A DNA stretch of 64,000 bases from an uncultured Acidimicrobiales bacterium (GCA_943788915.1 CALSSD010000008.1:248001-312000); one strand, 5' to 3'. Counted from the first letter of the stretch, positions 50,195 to 61,276 are shown. Notes: a model not told the origin generated them from the sequence alone. Program-made: numbers and translations.

Positions 50195-51595
50195 CTAGGC
50201 GGCGCTTTGGACCTGGGTCGATTGGCGGAGGCCGAGCTGGGCTAGGGCCAGGAAGAGGTTCGGTGCGCCAATGATCTCGAGTGGTGCGTCGAACTTGTGC
50301 TGATCAGTGGCTGGGATGACCGCTCGACGAAACCCAAGCCGAGCTGCTTCGGCCAGACGAAGTTCTAGGCCAGCGACCGAGCGGAGTTCACCCGCCAAGC
50401 CAACTTCGCCGATGGCAATAATGTCGTCGGGGATGGCGATGTCTCGCAGCGACGACGTGAGCGCTGCACATACCGCAACATCGGACCCAGGCTCGGTGAT
50501 CTTGAGGCCACCAACAACCGACAGATACGCATCGTGTTTGGCGAAACTCAGGCCCAGTTGTTTCTGCATAACGGCAAGCAACATGGCCATACGTTTCTGA
50601 TCGAATCCGGTAGCTGAGCGGCGGGGGTTTGGAATCTCGGATCCGATCAGAAGGCCCTGGACCTCGAGGACCACAGCTCGGCGTCCTTCGATAGTTACGG
50701 CCACCGCCGACCCGGCAGCGTCGGTCTGCCGGTCGCCGAGCATGCGCCCGGAGGGGTCGTCGACGGTGACCAGACCGGTTCCTGTCATTTCGAACACACC
50801 AAGCTCTCCGGTTGCACCAAAACGGTGCTTGAGCGCTCGCAGGACTCGTAGACCGACTTCTCGCTCGCCGTCGAAGGACAACACCGAGTCCACCAAATGT
50901 TCCAGGACACGAGGACCAGCCAACGAACCATCCTTGGTGACGTGGCCCACGAGTACAACCGCACAGTTGTTCTCGCGGGCCGCGATCGCCAGCCGATGTG
51001 CACATTGGCGCACCTGGGCCACCGAACCGGGCGCCGATGACAGGTCGGGGTCGAACACGGTCTGGATCGAGTCGATAATGGCCAGACCAGGTTTGAGGTC
51101 GGCGATATCGGCCAGCACCCCGTTGATATTGCAGTCGCCGCCGACATGCACACCATCGCCAGCGAGTCCGAGCCTGGCAAAACGCCCCGACACCTGTTGC
51201 GGCGACTCCTCGGCCGATACCGAAAGCGCTGGCGAGTGCTGCGCGGCCCACGATGCGGTGACCTGCGTGAGCAACGTGGACTTACCTACACCCGGTTCGC
51301 CACCGACCAGGGTGATGGACCCTGCGACCAGGCCACCGCCAAGCACCCGATCAAACTCGACAACGCCCGTCGGAAGTGGCACACATGCTCGTTCGTCGAG
51401 CTCAGCCAGCGGCACCGCTGGCCGATGATTGGCCACATGTTTGAGATCGGGCGCCGCGGGTGTGCCCGGTGCTTCGCCACCAATTGTTGATTCGACCAGC
51501 GTGTTCCAGTTCCCGCAGCTGCCGCAGCGCCCAACCCACTTGGGGACCTGCTCACCGCAGGTCGAACATTCATAGACAATCTTGGATCGAGCCAT
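50195..51595 (-). CDS. radA: DNA repair protein RadA/Sms
   Basis: C4 zinc finger, GGEPGVGKST, IDSIQT, KHRFG (variant of KNRFG) and Lon-like C-domain. Confidence 0.97.
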   Translation of the reverse strand: MARSKIVYECSTCGEQVPKWVGRCGSCGNWNTLVESTIGGEAPGTPAAPDLKHVANHRPAVPLAELDERACVPLPTGVVEFDRVLGGGLVAGSITLVGGEPGVGKSTLLTQVTASWAAQHSPALSVSAEESPQQVSGRFARLGLAGDGVHVGGDCNINGVLADIADLKPGLAIIDSIQTVFDPDLSSAPGSVAQVRQCAHRLAIAARENNCAVVLVGHVTKDGSLAGPRVLEHLVDSVLSFDGEREVGLRVLRALKHRFGATGELGVFEMTGTGLVTVDDPSGRMLGDRQTDAAGSAVAVTIEGRRAVVLEVQGLLIGSEIPNPRRSATGFDQKRMAMLLAVMQKQLGLSFAKHDAYLSVVGGLKITEPGSDVAVCAALTSSLRDIAIPDDIIAIGEVGLAGELRSVAGLELRLAEAARLGFRRAVIPATDQHKFDAPLEIIGAPNLFLALAQLGLRQSTQVQSAA

Positions 51596-51626
51596 CCGTC
51601 CATCATGACCAGGGGGTGTGACAGTC

Positions 51627-53057
51627 TCACCTGCCAGCGAACAACGCCTTAAAGTCGTGCACCACTGGATGCCCGATCACCGGGGGCAATTCGAGTGAGC
51701 CGGTGTCGAACAACGCCGTCCTCATGCCCAGCTCTCGGGCCCGATCGAGCGCTCTCACATCGGTGTCCACGTACAAGCAGTGCCCGTGAGCAATGCTGCT
51801 TTCGCGTCGTAAGACCTCGAACATCGCAGCATTTGATGTTTGGGTCCCAACGTCGGACGAGACGAGCCACGGCCACACGGCGCTCAATCGATCACGATCG
51901 CGCATCGCGTACGACCAGGCTGACGCATCGTTGGTTGTAGCTGCAACAGGAATTCGTCGGCGCTGCATGTCGGCCAGGAATCCCGGGACTCCGCTGTGCA
52001 ACAACCGACGCTGCACCAGACCCTCGTCGAGGGTGCGCGAGTCCTGACTCAATCCGCACAGCTCCCAGAACGCTCTGGTGTCCATCGAACCCGAAAGCAC
52101 ACGTTGAAAGCCATCGGCGATCGTGTCGGCCCGGGCGGCGCCCCCCTGGTCTCGCACAAACGGCAGCACGTACTGGTCGAAGACGTCCGTCTGTTGATAC
52201 AGGACCGACAGCGCATCGACCACAACGAGCCGCACCGCATCGTTGCGAGGCGTCGACCGAACACCTGCGACGGCAACTCCGGCGCCTGGCACCCGAGAAG
52301 CAAGCGGGGCCGGCGTGGGTGCTGGTCGCAGCCTGTCGGCTCGGCGCTGCAGCACCAGGCCGGTGATCGCCAGCACCGTTGCCAGAGCGAACAATGAGAA
52401 AAGTGCATAGGCGATCCAGCGGATCAGTACTGCGGTCGAGTTCTCAGCGGTGGCCTGTACTCGAACTTGCTCAACACCCTGATCGAAGCGGGGCGCAAAA
52501 CTGCGCACTGTTGGATCGAGATCGTCGAAGTTACGAACCCGGACTGCGAGGTCGAGCGAAATGATGTCATCGATCGCGCGACCGCCGGTAAACGATTCGA
52601 GTGGCGCTCCAAACGGCTCACCACCAAGAGCGGTGGTGACGTCGTCGTCTGACAACAAGTCCCAACCATCGCTCAGATCAAGGTCAAAAGACACCACTTG
52701 TCGTTTGTCTTCGATGGAGATATCGACGTTGGTGAACACACCTGGTCCTGCGAGTTCGTCGAGCACGGTCTGCCATTGGCTAGCGTCGGTAACCGGCTTC
52801 CTCGCAGCGATCTGGGTACCAGCTTCGTCCTGCACGGTGGTGATCGTCCAGCCGGCGCGTTCAAGGTCACTGACGCGCAGTTGCGACGCCAGATCTCCGA
52901 TCGAGTCCTGAGCGACATCATCAAGCTCGGCCAGCAACGTGACTACACCGCTTCCATCAGCCGCAATATCGAGATCGACATCAACGTCCACCTGACACGC
53001 AGCGAGCACGAGCAGCAGCAGTGCCACGACAACCCGACTCACTCTCACTCGCGACAC
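51627..53057 (-). CDS. Lipoprotein (LppM/DUF3153-like) - TM - HAD-like domain fusion
   Basis: Lipobox LAAC and DLDIAADGSG; central TM; C-terminal VVDALSVLY, TTND, SSDVG and CLYVD...AR.LGM. Confidence 0.6.
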   Translation of the reverse strand: MSRVRVSRVVVALLLLVLAACQVDVDVDLDIAADGSGVVTLLAELDDVAQDSIGDLASQLRVSDLERAGWTITTVQDEAGTQIAARKPVTDASQWQTVLDELAGPGVFTNVDISIEDKRQVVSFDLDLSDGWDLLSDDDVTTALGGEPFGAPLESFTGGRAIDDIISLDLAVRVRNFDDLDPTVRSFAPRFDQGVEQVRVQATAENSTAVLIRWIAYALFSLFALATVLAITGLVLQRRADRLRPAPTPAPLASRVPGAGVAVAGVRSTPRNDAVRLVVVDALSVLYQQTDVFDQYVLPFVRDQGGAARADTIADGFQRVLSGSMDTRAFWELCGLSQDSRTLDEGLVQRRLLHSGVPGFLADMQRRRIPVAATTNDASAWSYAMRDRDRLSAVWPWLVSSDVGTQTSNAAMFEVLRRESSIAHGHCLYVDTDVRALDRARELGMRTALFDTGSLELPPVIGHPVVHDFKALFAGR

Positions 53058-53170
53058 GCCGAGAATCTAGCGGTTGAACACACCCTGGCGGGTGGCCGAG
53101 CTGTCCAACCTGTCTGTGCAGCCTGTCTTACAACCTGCCGAGCCCACGACGATTGGCTTAGGCTCAGCCC

Positions 53171-54037
53171 ATGGATCGTGGTGCGTTGATACAGACCTTT
53201 GTTGACTTGTATGGAGCCGAGCACGATGCGCTTGGCGAAACTGGCCACCTAGAAATGCTAGATCGGGGTCGCCAATGGGACCTCGCCCCGGTGCTCGACC
53301 AGGGCGGCATGTTGCTGTTTCCTCATGGCCGTCCAGCTGACTGCGGTCACCAAGTCGGGGCGGTGGTGAACGCGGTGCTCGACAGTGGTGCTGATCGATG
53401 TGTGTTCGTCAGCGTGCTACATGCCTCGAGCGATGAGATGGAAGACGCCCGGGTCCGTGTGGCCGAAGGCGACGATCCGTCGAACTTCCCCATCTGGGGC
53501 ATCCAAGGACCCGGTATCGATTTCCGTGACGACTGGCAGCGCGACCATGCGCCAACCACGTTCCGCCGGCTGATGGCCGCTGAGACCAAACGTCGAGGCA
53601 TCGCCGGCCCACAAGTCATCGAACGTTTCCCGTATCTGGCCGGCGGCAAACCTGGCCAGCTGCCAGGTGTTGACGAGTTTGCCGAGCTGTGCGAAGACGC
53701 CGTGGTCGTGACCACGGCCGATTCGTTCCACCACGGCATCGGCTACGGAACCCCGCCCGAAGACTCCTACGCCCCCGAAGCTGGTGGGCTCGAACTTGCA
53801 ACCGAGAGCATCCTGAAAGGATGCGAGCTGCTGAAAGCCCAGGACTACTGGGGATACAACCAGCATTGTGTGACCGACAAAAGCGACCACCGCGACGCAG
53901 GCCAGCTTCTTTCCTATGTGAAGGGACCTATGCACGGCGAGATCCTGGATCTGGTGCCCAGCGAATTTGGCGACGTCTACGACGCCCCCGCCCCCAGCTG
54001 GGTCGCCGCCGCCCTAGTCACCTACACCCCCGCCTAA
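53171..54037 (+). CDS. Hypothetical protein, possible Memo/LigB-like fold
   Basis: FPHG, VLHA and VVTTADSFHHG resemble Memo-family PH/H/SSDxxH motifs; leaderless TAGGCT. Confidence 0.55.
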   Translation: MDRGALIQTFVDLYGAEHDALGETGHLEMLDRGRQWDLAPVLDQGGMLLFPHGRPADCGHQVGAVVNAVLDSGADRCVFVSVLHASSDEMEDARVRVAEGDDPSNFPIWGIQGPGIDFRDDWQRDHAPTTFRRLMAAETKRRGIAGPQVIERFPYLAGGKPGQLPGVDEFAELCEDAVVVTTADSFHHGIGYGTPPEDSYAPEAGGLELATESILKGCELLKAQDYWGYNQHCVTDKSDHRDAGQLLSYVKGPMHGEILDLVPSEFGDVYDAPAPSWVAAALVTYTPA

Positions 54038-54094
54038 AACGCAAAAAAGGAGCGTGATGCACACTATGTGTACATCACGCTCCTCATTTGCGTT
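54038..54094. repeat. Palindromic repeat family B, copy 2 (extended 57-bp hairpin; may act as bidirectional terminator)
   Basis: AACGCAAA-aa-AGGAGCGTGATGCACACTATGTGTACATCACGCTCCT-ca-TTTGCGTT. Confidence 0.8.
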
Positions 54095-54178
54095 AGTTGT
54101 CGATCGCCGGACGTGCCGGGACCGTAGATGCCTTAGCTCACACAGCGCTTCGAGCGTAGTGAGAAACGCAGAACTGCC

Positions 54179-56704
54179 CTAGAACTCAGCGGTGGCCTCT
54201 TCGAGAACTGGTGGCTCGAAACCTTCAACCGAGCTGAACACAATCTTGTTATCACCAGGATTGTCAGGATCAGCAGCCACGTCGGCGATGATCATGTGGC
54301 CAGCGTAGAAGCCCTTGTTGAGCAACTCTTCTGACAACGGATCCTCGATCAACCGCTGGATCGCACGACGCAATGGACGTGCACCCAAGGTTGGGTCATA
54401 ACCCTTCTCGGCCAGATGGACCTTGGCGCTATCGGTGAGCTCCAAGCCCATACCCTGCTCTTCGAGCTGCTTGCGCACCCGACGAATCATCAGGTCGACC
54501 ATACGTACGATCTCGGGCTGCGTCAGCTCGTGGAACACGATGGTTTCGTCGATGCGGTTCAGGAACTCGGGACGGAAGTGATCCTTGAGCGCCTCGTTGA
54601 CCTTTGCCTTCATCCGCTCGTAGCTCACTGCTTCGTCGTTCTTGGTGAAGCCCAAGTTCGCCTTGCGCAGGTCACGAGTACCGAGGTTCGAGGTCATGAT
54701 CAACACCGTGTTGCGGAAGTCAACCGAACGACCTTGGCTGTCGGTCAGGCGACCCTCTTCGAGGATCTGCAGCAATGTGTTGAAGACGTCGGGGTGTGCC
54801 TTTTCAACTTCGTCGAACAGCACTACCGAGAATGGCTTGCGGCGCACGGCTTCGGTGAGCTGGCCACCCTCGTCGTAACCGACATACCCAGGGGGTGAAC
54901 CCACCAGACGGCTGACGGTGTGCTTTTCTTGGTACTCAGACATGTCGAGTGTGATCAGCGAGTCTTCGTCGCCGAACAGGAACTCGGCCAGCGTCTTGGC
55001 CAGCTCAGTCTTGCCAACGCCGGTTGGGCCCAGGAAGATGAACGAGCCGCTTGGGCGCTTGGGGTCCTTGAGACCGGCACGGGTGCGGCGGATTGCCTGG
55101 CTGACAGCCTTGATGCCGTCTTCCTGGCCGATGACCCGCTTATGCAGTTCATCTTCCATCCGCAGCAGTTTTGCGGTCTCTTGTTCCGTGAGCTTGTAGA
55201 CCGGAATACCAGTCCAGACCGACAACACGTCGGCGACAGCTTCTTCGTCGACCTCGTCGAACAGGTCGACACCTTTGGCTTTAATCTCGATCTCAAGCTG
55301 CTCTTTGTCAGCCAGCAGTTCTTTTTCGCGATCCCGAAGTGACCCTGCCAGTTCGAAGTCTTGTGACTCGACAGCTGCCTTCTTGTCTTCAGTGACCTTG
55401 GCCAGCGCGTCTTCGATCTCTTTGTAATCAGGCGGCGTTTCCATGCGCTTGATGCGCAGGCGTGAGCCGGCCTCGTCGATGAGGTCGATGGCCTTGTCAG
55501 GAAGGTGACGGTCAGCGATGTAACGGTCGGCCAGATTGGCCGCAGCTACGAGCGCCTGATCGGTGATCGTGACTCGGTGATGGGTTTCGTAACGATCGCG
55601 CAGACCCTTGAGGATTTCAATGGTGTGGGCAACCGTCGGTTCCTCGACCTTGATCGGCTGGAAACGACGCTCGAGTGCGGCGTCCTTCTCGAGGTGTTTG
55701 CGGTATTCCTCGGTGGTCGTGGCACCAATGGTCTGCAGTTCGCCACGAGCCAACATCGGCTTGAGGATCGAAGCAGCATCGATGGCACCTTCGGCGGCAC
55801 CAGCACCCACCAGGGTGTGGATTTCGTCGATGAACAAGATGATGTCGCCACGGGTCTTGATTTCTTTCAAGACCTTCTTGAGGCGTTCTTCGAAGTCACC
55901 GCGATAACGACTACCAGCAACAAGTGCACCAAGGTCCAGCGTGTAGAGCTGCTTGCCCCGGATGGTCTCAGGAACATTGTCGCTGGCGATCTTCTGCGCC
56001 AAACCTTCGACGATGGCGGTCTTACCGACACCAGGCTCACCGATCAGCACCGGGTTGTTCTTGGTACGACGTGACAGCACCTGCATGACCCGCTCGGTCT
56101 CGCGCATGCGGCCGATGACCGGGTCGAGTTCCTTGTCGCGGGCGAGCTGGGTGAGGTTGCGTCCGAACTGGTCGAGCACCAGCGAACCTGATGGGCTGTC
56201 GCCGCCCACGCCGCCGCTGGTCGCCCCAGCCTTTTCAGGATCGCCACCGGCTTGGCCACCAGGACCGCTGTAACCAGACAGCAGCTGGATGACTTGCTGG
56301 CGCACCCGTGACAGGTCAGCACCAAGCTTGACCAGCACCTGCGCAGCAACACCCTCGCCTTCGCGAATCAGACCGAGCAAGATGTGCTCGGTACCGATGT
56401 AGTTGTGGCCAAGTTGCAGCGCTTCGCGCAACGACAGCTCAAGAACTTTTTTGGCGCGCGGCGTGAAGGGGATATGGCCACTGGGCGATGTGCCACCTTG
56501 GCCAATGATCTCTTCGACCTGATTACGAACGGCTTCAAGAGAGACGCCAAGCGATTCGAGTGCCTTGGCGGCAACACCCTCGCCTTCGTGAATCAGACCG
56601 AGCAAGATGTGCTCGGTTCCGATGTAGTTGTGGTTGAGCAGCCGCGCTTCTTCTTGTGCAAGCACAACAACTCGGCGGGCTCGGTCTGTGAATCTTTCGA
56701 ACAT
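54179..56704 (-). CDS. clpC: ATP-dependent Clp protease ATP-binding subunit ClpC1
   Basis: [14 protein letters not shown], two AAA+ modules ([16 protein letters not shown]) and UVR linker. Confidence 0.99.
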   Translation of the reverse strand: MFERFTDRARRVVVLAQEEARLLNHNYIGTEHILLGLIHEGEGVAAKALESLGVSLEAVRNQVEEIIGQGGTSPSGHIPFTPRAKKVLELSLREALQLGHNYIGTEHILLGLIREGEGVAAQVLVKLGADLSRVRQQVIQLLSGYSGPGGQAGGDPEKAGATSGGVGGDSPSGSLVLDQFGRNLTQLARDKELDPVIGRMRETERVMQVLSRRTKNNPVLIGEPGVGKTAIVEGLAQKIASDNVPETIRGKQLYTLDLGALVAGSRYRGDFEERLKKVLKEIKTRGDIILFIDEIHTLVGAGAAEGAIDAASILKPMLARGELQTIGATTTEEYRKHLEKDAALERRFQPIKVEEPTVAHTIEILKGLRDRYETHHRVTITDQALVAAANLADRYIADRHLPDKAIDLIDEAGSRLRIKRMETPPDYKEIEDALAKVTEDKKAAVESQDFELAGSLRDREKELLADKEQLEIEIKAKGVDLFDEVDEEAVADVLSVWTGIPVYKLTEQETAKLLRMEDELHKRVIGQEDGIKAVSQAIRRTRAGLKDPKRPSGSFIFLGPTGVGKTELAKTLAEFLFGDEDSLITLDMSEYQEKHTVSRLVGSPPGYVGYDEGGQLTEAVRRKPFSVVLFDEVEKAHPDVFNTLLQILEEGRLTDSQGRSVDFRNTVLIMTSNLGTRDLRKANLGFTKNDEAVSYERMKAKVNEALKDHFRPEFLNRIDETIVFHELTQPEIVRMVDLMIRRVRKQLEEQGMGLELTDSAKVHLAEKGYDPTLGARPLRRAIQRLIEDPLSEELLNKGFYAGHMIIADVAADPDNPGDNKIVFSSVEGFEPPVLEEATAEF

Positions 56705-56831
56705 GAGGCTTTCTCGTGCCTTTCGTCAAAGGTAGGGCGAGTGTAACCACGACCTCGGACAGGCAATGGGTCGGGGGAGGAAACGGCTAAAAGCGCCTAG
56801 GAAATTAGTTGAGAACTACGTGCCAGCGATG

Positions 56832-56858
56832 CAACCGTGGCACAACAGCAAACATTCC
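56832..56858 (-). promoter_or_regulatory. SigH/SigR-type ECF promoter upstream of clpC
   Basis: Minus strand GGAAT-N18-GTTG. Confidence 0.65.
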
Positions 56859-56951
56859 CGAAATGTACACCCCGCACCCAAAACCAGTCGTGGTCGTGGT
56901 CACATCGCTTCGACCTCGGTCTCCGGCCCATATTGACGTATCGTTCTTTCC

Positions 56952-57950
56952 ATGTCTGCGAGCAACCCGCTCAGTGTCCTGCCCACACTCGAAGCTGACC
57001 TCGCCCGGGTCGAGCACCTTCTTGCCGACTCGGTGCGATCCGATCTCGAGATGTTGGCCGAAGCCGCCGCCCATTTGGCCAAGGCCGGCGGTAAACGCGT
57101 CCGCCCCGGTTTTGCTATTGCGTCTGCGGCCACCAGCCACGATGTCGCACGCCCAGCCGATGTTGGTGTGCTCATGGGTGGTGTTGCGGTTGAACTCGTG
57201 CACCTGGGGTCGCTCTATCACGACGATGTCATGGACGAAGCCACCACTCGCCGCGGCGTGCCAGCCGCAAACCAGCATTGGGGCAATGTTGTTGCCATCT
57301 TGACCGGCGACTTTTTGCTGGCACAATCGTCAATCATTGCTGCAGACCTAGGCACCGACGTTTCCCGGCTGTTGGGCGAGACCATCGCCGAGCTCACCGA
57401 CGGCCAGATTCGCGAACTGCAAGACACCAACAACTTCGAACGTACCGCCGAGGAGTATTACGCAGCAATCAGCGGCAAGACAGCCTCGCTGCTGGCCTGC
57501 TCCTGTCGAATTGGTGCAATCACCGGTGGACTCGACCGACCCACCACCGATGCGCTCACCGAGTTCGGACACAGTTACGGCATGGCGTTTCAAATCGTCG
57601 ATGACATCCTCGATGTCGTTGCCACGTCGGAACAACTCGGCAAACCAGCCGGCAACGACATTCTCGAGGGCAACTTCACCCTGCCGGTACTGCGAGCGTT
57701 ACGCAGCGAAAACGGCGACCAACTTCGCAGCCTGATCGAAGCAGGCCTCACGCCTGAAACACGTGACCAAGCGCTGGTCATAGTGCGCACGAGTCCCGGT
57801 ATCGCCGACGCACTCGACGCTGCCCGTGGCTGGGCCGACAAGGCAGCTGGAGCGATCAGCAGCCTGCCTGACTCCCCCGGAGCCACTGCGCTACGCGCCG
57901 CGTCCGTCCATCTCGTCGAACGAGCCCGGGCCCCGCTCGGCGAACGCTAG
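56952..57950 (+). CDS. Long-chain polyprenyl diphosphate synthase
   Basis: GGKRVRP, HDDVMD...RRG, KTA and FQIVDDILD motifs. Confidence 0.95.
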   Translation: MSASNPLSVLPTLEADLARVEHLLADSVRSDLEMLAEAAAHLAKAGGKRVRPGFAIASAATSHDVARPADVGVLMGGVAVELVHLGSLYHDDVMDEATTRRGVPAANQHWGNVVAILTGDFLLAQSSIIAADLGTDVSRLLGETIAELTDGQIRELQDTNNFERTAEEYYAAISGKTASLLACSCRIGAITGGLDRPTTDALTEFGHSYGMAFQIVDDILDVVATSEQLGKPAGNDILEGNFTLPVLRALRSENGDQLRSLIEAGLTPETRDQALVIVRTSPGIADALDAARGWADKAAGAISSLPDSPGATALRAASVHLVERARAPLGER

Positions 57951-57954
57951 AGAG

Positions 57955-58389
57955 TCAGCGTTTGCCGTAGTCGGTAGACAACCAGTGTTCAGGAGTCATC
58001 GACACCATGACGCCATTGCCACCGGTGCCTGCGGTGGCGATGTAGTCGCGTCCACCTTCTTCGCCGAGATAACGGGTGGCCATTGCCAACAGGTCAGTCT
58101 CGATGTCATACGGCCGCACAGTGCTGACGGGACCCTCGGCGGTCACGTACTTGTAGGGCGAGGACTCAGTTTGGACACAGAGGCTGAAACGACCTGCTGC
58201 CTCAATACCGACCATCTTGCGAGAGTCTGACTGCATCAGCACCTGGACGTCGCCGCCCGGCTCATACGAATACCACACCGGCACCGCTAGGGGCGCCCGA
58301 TCCGGTTCGGCGATTGAGATGATGCCTACATGCACCTCGGCCAGAAACGTTTGCCGTTCCTCGCGAGTCATAACAAACGAACCAGCCAT
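57955..58389 (-). CDS. PPOX-class (pyridoxamine 5'-phosphate oxidase-like) F420-dependent protein
   Basis: P.AVPVWY, SRK...I and YKYVTAEG motifs. Confidence 0.85.
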   Translation of the reverse strand: MAGSFVMTREERQTFLAEVHVGIISIAEPDRAPLAVPVWYSYEPGGDVQVLMQSDSRKMVGIEAAGRFSLCVQTESSPYKYVTAEGPVSTVRPYDIETDLLAMATRYLGEEGGRDYIATAGTGGNGVMVSMTPEHWLSTDYGKR

Positions 58390-58524
58390 AACGAACTCCG
58401 TGTCCTCGTGTGGGTGTCTCGATAGTAGAAGCTCTGGCTGGCAACGCTGTCCAACGCCGACACCGACGGCGAAATCTTGACCACCATCGCCCGCTCGCTC
58501 GTGGGGGAAGAGGCCACAGCCTCT

Positions 58525-58560
58525 CGAAAAGTTACGTCCCCCTGGGGAGGTAACTTTTCG
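58525..58560. repeat. Palindromic repeat family A, copy 5
   Basis: CGAAAAGTTACGTCCCCCTGGGGAGGTAACTTTTCG, 2 nt past the hydrolase stop. Confidence 0.88.
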
Positions 58561-58562
58561 CT

Positions 58563-59378
58563 CTAGGCACGGGCGGTGATTTGTTCCTTGAGGAAGGATT
58601 CGACCGCACGATTGAAGACCGTGGCATCGGTCACGACTGCTCCGTGGGCGGCGCCAGAGATCACCTGTAGACGGGCACGATCGATTCGGTGGGCGATCTC
58701 TTCACTGTCCGCAACCGGCGTGAGAATATCCTGGCTACCAACGATGACAAGCGTGTCGACATCGACACCCCGCAACTCTTCATGGACCTGCTCATCGATC
58801 CCCGCCATCGCTTGAATCTGGCCGATGATTCCGTGGGCAGGAGCCCGGACCATGAGCGGTGCAAACGCTGGAGCCAGCGGAGCGATCCAACGCATGTGGC
58901 GGGCCGCAGCGACCCATCGCAAGTTCTCTTTGCCAAACGCTCGAGCACCGCGCGCTTCGACGAGTTGGGTCCAGTCGCCCAGTATCTCGCGTCGCCAGTC
59001 CTTGATGCGGCACGCAGTGGAAGCCAGCACCAGTGAACGAACCCGTTGCGGCGATTGCACAGCAAGCACTTGTGACAACACGCCACCAAGCGAATACCCA
59101 ACGATGTGTGCCGATTCGACACCTTCGGCATCCATGACCGACTCGACGTCGGATGCCATGGTGAACAGGTCGTAATCGCCATGGGGTTTGTCGCTGAGTC
59201 CAGCACCACGATTGTCAATCGAGATGCAGCGGAAGTTCTTGGCCAACATGCCGCGTTGGCGAATCCAGCCCCAACGATCCACGGCCAAACCCATGATCAG
59301 CACCAAAGGTTCACCGTCGGGTTTGCCAAACGTCTCGTAGAAGATTCTGGTGCCATCGTCAGCGTGTATCGAAGGCAT
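58563..59378 (-). CDS. Alpha/beta hydrolase (PcaD-like)
   Basis: LIMGL, DNRGAG.S, GYSLGG, G.QD and AAH motifs. Confidence 0.88.
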   Translation of the reverse strand: MPSIHADDGTRIFYETFGKPDGEPLVLIMGLAVDRWGWIRQRGMLAKNFRCISIDNRGAGLSDKPHGDYDLFTMASDVESVMDAEGVESAHIVGYSLGGVLSQVLAVQSPQRVRSLVLASTACRIKDWRREILGDWTQLVEARGARAFGKENLRWVAAARHMRWIAPLAPAFAPLMVRAPAHGIIGQIQAMAGIDEQVHEELRGVDVDTLVIVGSQDILTPVADSEEIAHRIDRARLQVISGAAHGAVVTDATVFNRAVESFLKEQITARA

Positions 59379-60364
59379 CAGTCGACCTCTGCAGTGTGTT
59401 CGTCAACCAGAGGCCTCGATCGAGACAGGTCGACGTCGATGAGCCGGCCAGCCGAGTACAAGTCGGCGAGTGCATCCTTGGTGGTGCGAGTCATGGTCAC
59501 ACCCAGGGCAGACATGTCTGACGATGTGACGACAGCGCCGCGGCTCAACAGTTCGGCGATGTGTTCAGGCAGCGGTGTGCCAGGGATCTCGGCCAGCGAA
59601 CGTCCGAGCCGGAACGCGAGTGGCAGCACCGGCACGGGGATCCTTCGGCCGATGGTCAAGGCCTCGATGGGCGTGACGGGGTCCGATGCCATTACGTTTA
59701 GCGTGCCCCGATATTGCGTGCTGGCTGCGGCTGCTATCGACTTGGCAGCATCCACAAGGTGGACAACGCCAAACCGTTTGGTGGTCATCGGAATCGGGAC
59801 GACCGGCAGCCGCAAGTACCGCCCAAGCGGGTTCGGAAGGTGCGACGCCATGATGGGCGCCAGTCGCACCGCTGTCATGGTGGCCCCAAGCGAGGTCGCA
59901 CTCTGGGCGCACCGTTCTTCGACCCGAGCAAGCATGTCGCCAAAGGTTGAGGTTGGGCGAGCAAGTGTGTCGATAGTCGGTCGTTCAGGGGTGCCCCGGC
60001 CACTTCCGTAGACAGAGACGCCGGAACGCACCGTAATGTGTTCGACCGAATCGACCTTGGCGATCGCACCAAGCAAACTCTCGGTTCCTGCAACCGTGCG
60101 GGCTCTGGCCTGGCCTGGGGACGACCGGGCACGAGGCTCAAATACCCATGCATGGACCACGACCGTGGGTTGGAATTCAGCGACGATCCGGGCGACCCGT
60201 TCATGGTCGGTCGGTCGAGCAAACTGGAAATCGGCTCGACGCATCCACCGCCGTGGCGGTTCAAGATCAAAGCCAGCGATCGCCTCGACCTGGTCGTTGC
60301 GTTCCAGCGCGCGAGCAATACCCGAACCAATGGCTGAACCCATGCCTGCAACAAGAACTCGCAC
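59378..60364 (-). CDS. NAD-dependent epimerase/dehydratase family protein
   Basis: RVLVAGMGSAIG Rossmann-like start, SVYG and VH..DA; catalytic YxxxK not evident. Confidence 0.75.
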   Translation of the reverse strand: MRVLVAGMGSAIGSGIARALERNDQVEAIAGFDLEPPRRWMRRADFQFARPTDHERVARIVAEFQPTVVVHAWVFEPRARSSPGQARARTVAGTESLLGAIAKVDSVEHITVRSGVSVYGSGRGTPERPTIDTLARPTSTFGDMLARVEERCAQSATSLGATMTAVRLAPIMASHLPNPLGRYLRLPVVPIPMTTKRFGVVHLVDAAKSIAAAASTQYRGTLNVMASDPVTPIEALTIGRRIPVPVLPLAFRLGRSLAEIPGTPLPEHIAELLSRGAVVTSSDMSALGVTMTRTTKDALADLYSAGRLIDVDLSRSRPLVDEHTAEVD

Positions 60365-60510
60365 AGATCGACCCTACCGAGCCAGGTCAACGATCGACCT
60401 CGATGTTCCGCACGTTCACCCACTACCTCAACCGCCATAACACGTAACAGGAAGGCCTGAACGTCGCCTTCTCCCCATTACGGTCGCATAGACCCCGATA
60501 GTGGCAAGTG

Positions 60511-61101
60511 TCAGCTAGGCGAAAGTATGCGTGCAGGTGAGCCAACAGCAACACAGCCGTCGGGGAGATCCCGTGTCACGACGGAATTCGCCCCAACGCT
60601 GACGCCTTTACCGATGGTCACGCCCGGGGTCACCACCACACCGGTCGCGAGCCACGAGCGGGCGCCGATCACGACGGGCCGCTCTGGTGCTGCTTGGCGG
60701 CCGACCGGCAGGCTGGGATCGTCGTTGCTGTGATTGTGATCGGTCACGTACACATTGGGGCCGAAGTAGACGTCGTCGCCGACGGTGACACTCAGATGCG
60801 CAGCGATGGACGACCCCCGGCCGATCACGCACCGATCACCGATGACCAGCATGCGTTCGCCGATCAGTTCCTGGCCTGGCACCATGCCCACGGTGATCGA
60901 GCAATGTGGCCCGATCATGGTGTCGTCACCAATACCGATCGCTCGTTCACCAAACAACGCTGTTGGCGGAAAACAGATGAGCGAGCCGGAGCCGAACGTG
61001 TCGAAGCGATCAGCCCGACGGCTTCCCGCCACGATCGCGGCCCGAACCGTCAGCTTCTCCCATAACCCAACCGCCAGGTCAGAAAACTGCGGCCGCTTCA
61101 T
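60511..61101 (-). CDS. Hexapeptide-repeat acyltransferase
   Basis: IGDDTMIG, IGDRCVIG, TDHNH, GANSVVT and GSPAR motifs. Confidence 0.9.
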   Translation of the reverse strand: MKRPQFSDLAVGLWEKLTVRAAIVAGSRRADRFDTFGSGSLICFPPTALFGERAIGIGDDTMIGPHCSITVGMVPGQELIGERMLVIGDRCVIGRGSSIAAHLSVTVGDDVYFGPNVYVTDHNHSNDDPSLPVGRQAAPERPVVIGARSWLATGVVVTPGVTIGKGVSVGANSVVTRDLPDGCVAVGSPARILSPS

Positions 61102-61276
61102 ACCAGCAGACTACCGATCTAGGCACCGTGCACATCCGTATGCCTCAGACCGCCAAAAACGCAGCCCTAGCATCACGGATGAACGACCCAAGATTCTCCG
61201 GTAGCGAAGCGGTCCGGGATCACCGAGTATTCAGCTCTCACAGGATTGCGAGCGCAGCGAGCGATCCGAACTACCC

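Noticed and set aside
58428..58524. Possible 3' remnant (LWLATLSNADTDGEILTTIARSLVG) of a regulator divergent from the PPOX gene
   Set aside because: No start codon or diagnostic motif; not supportable by eye.
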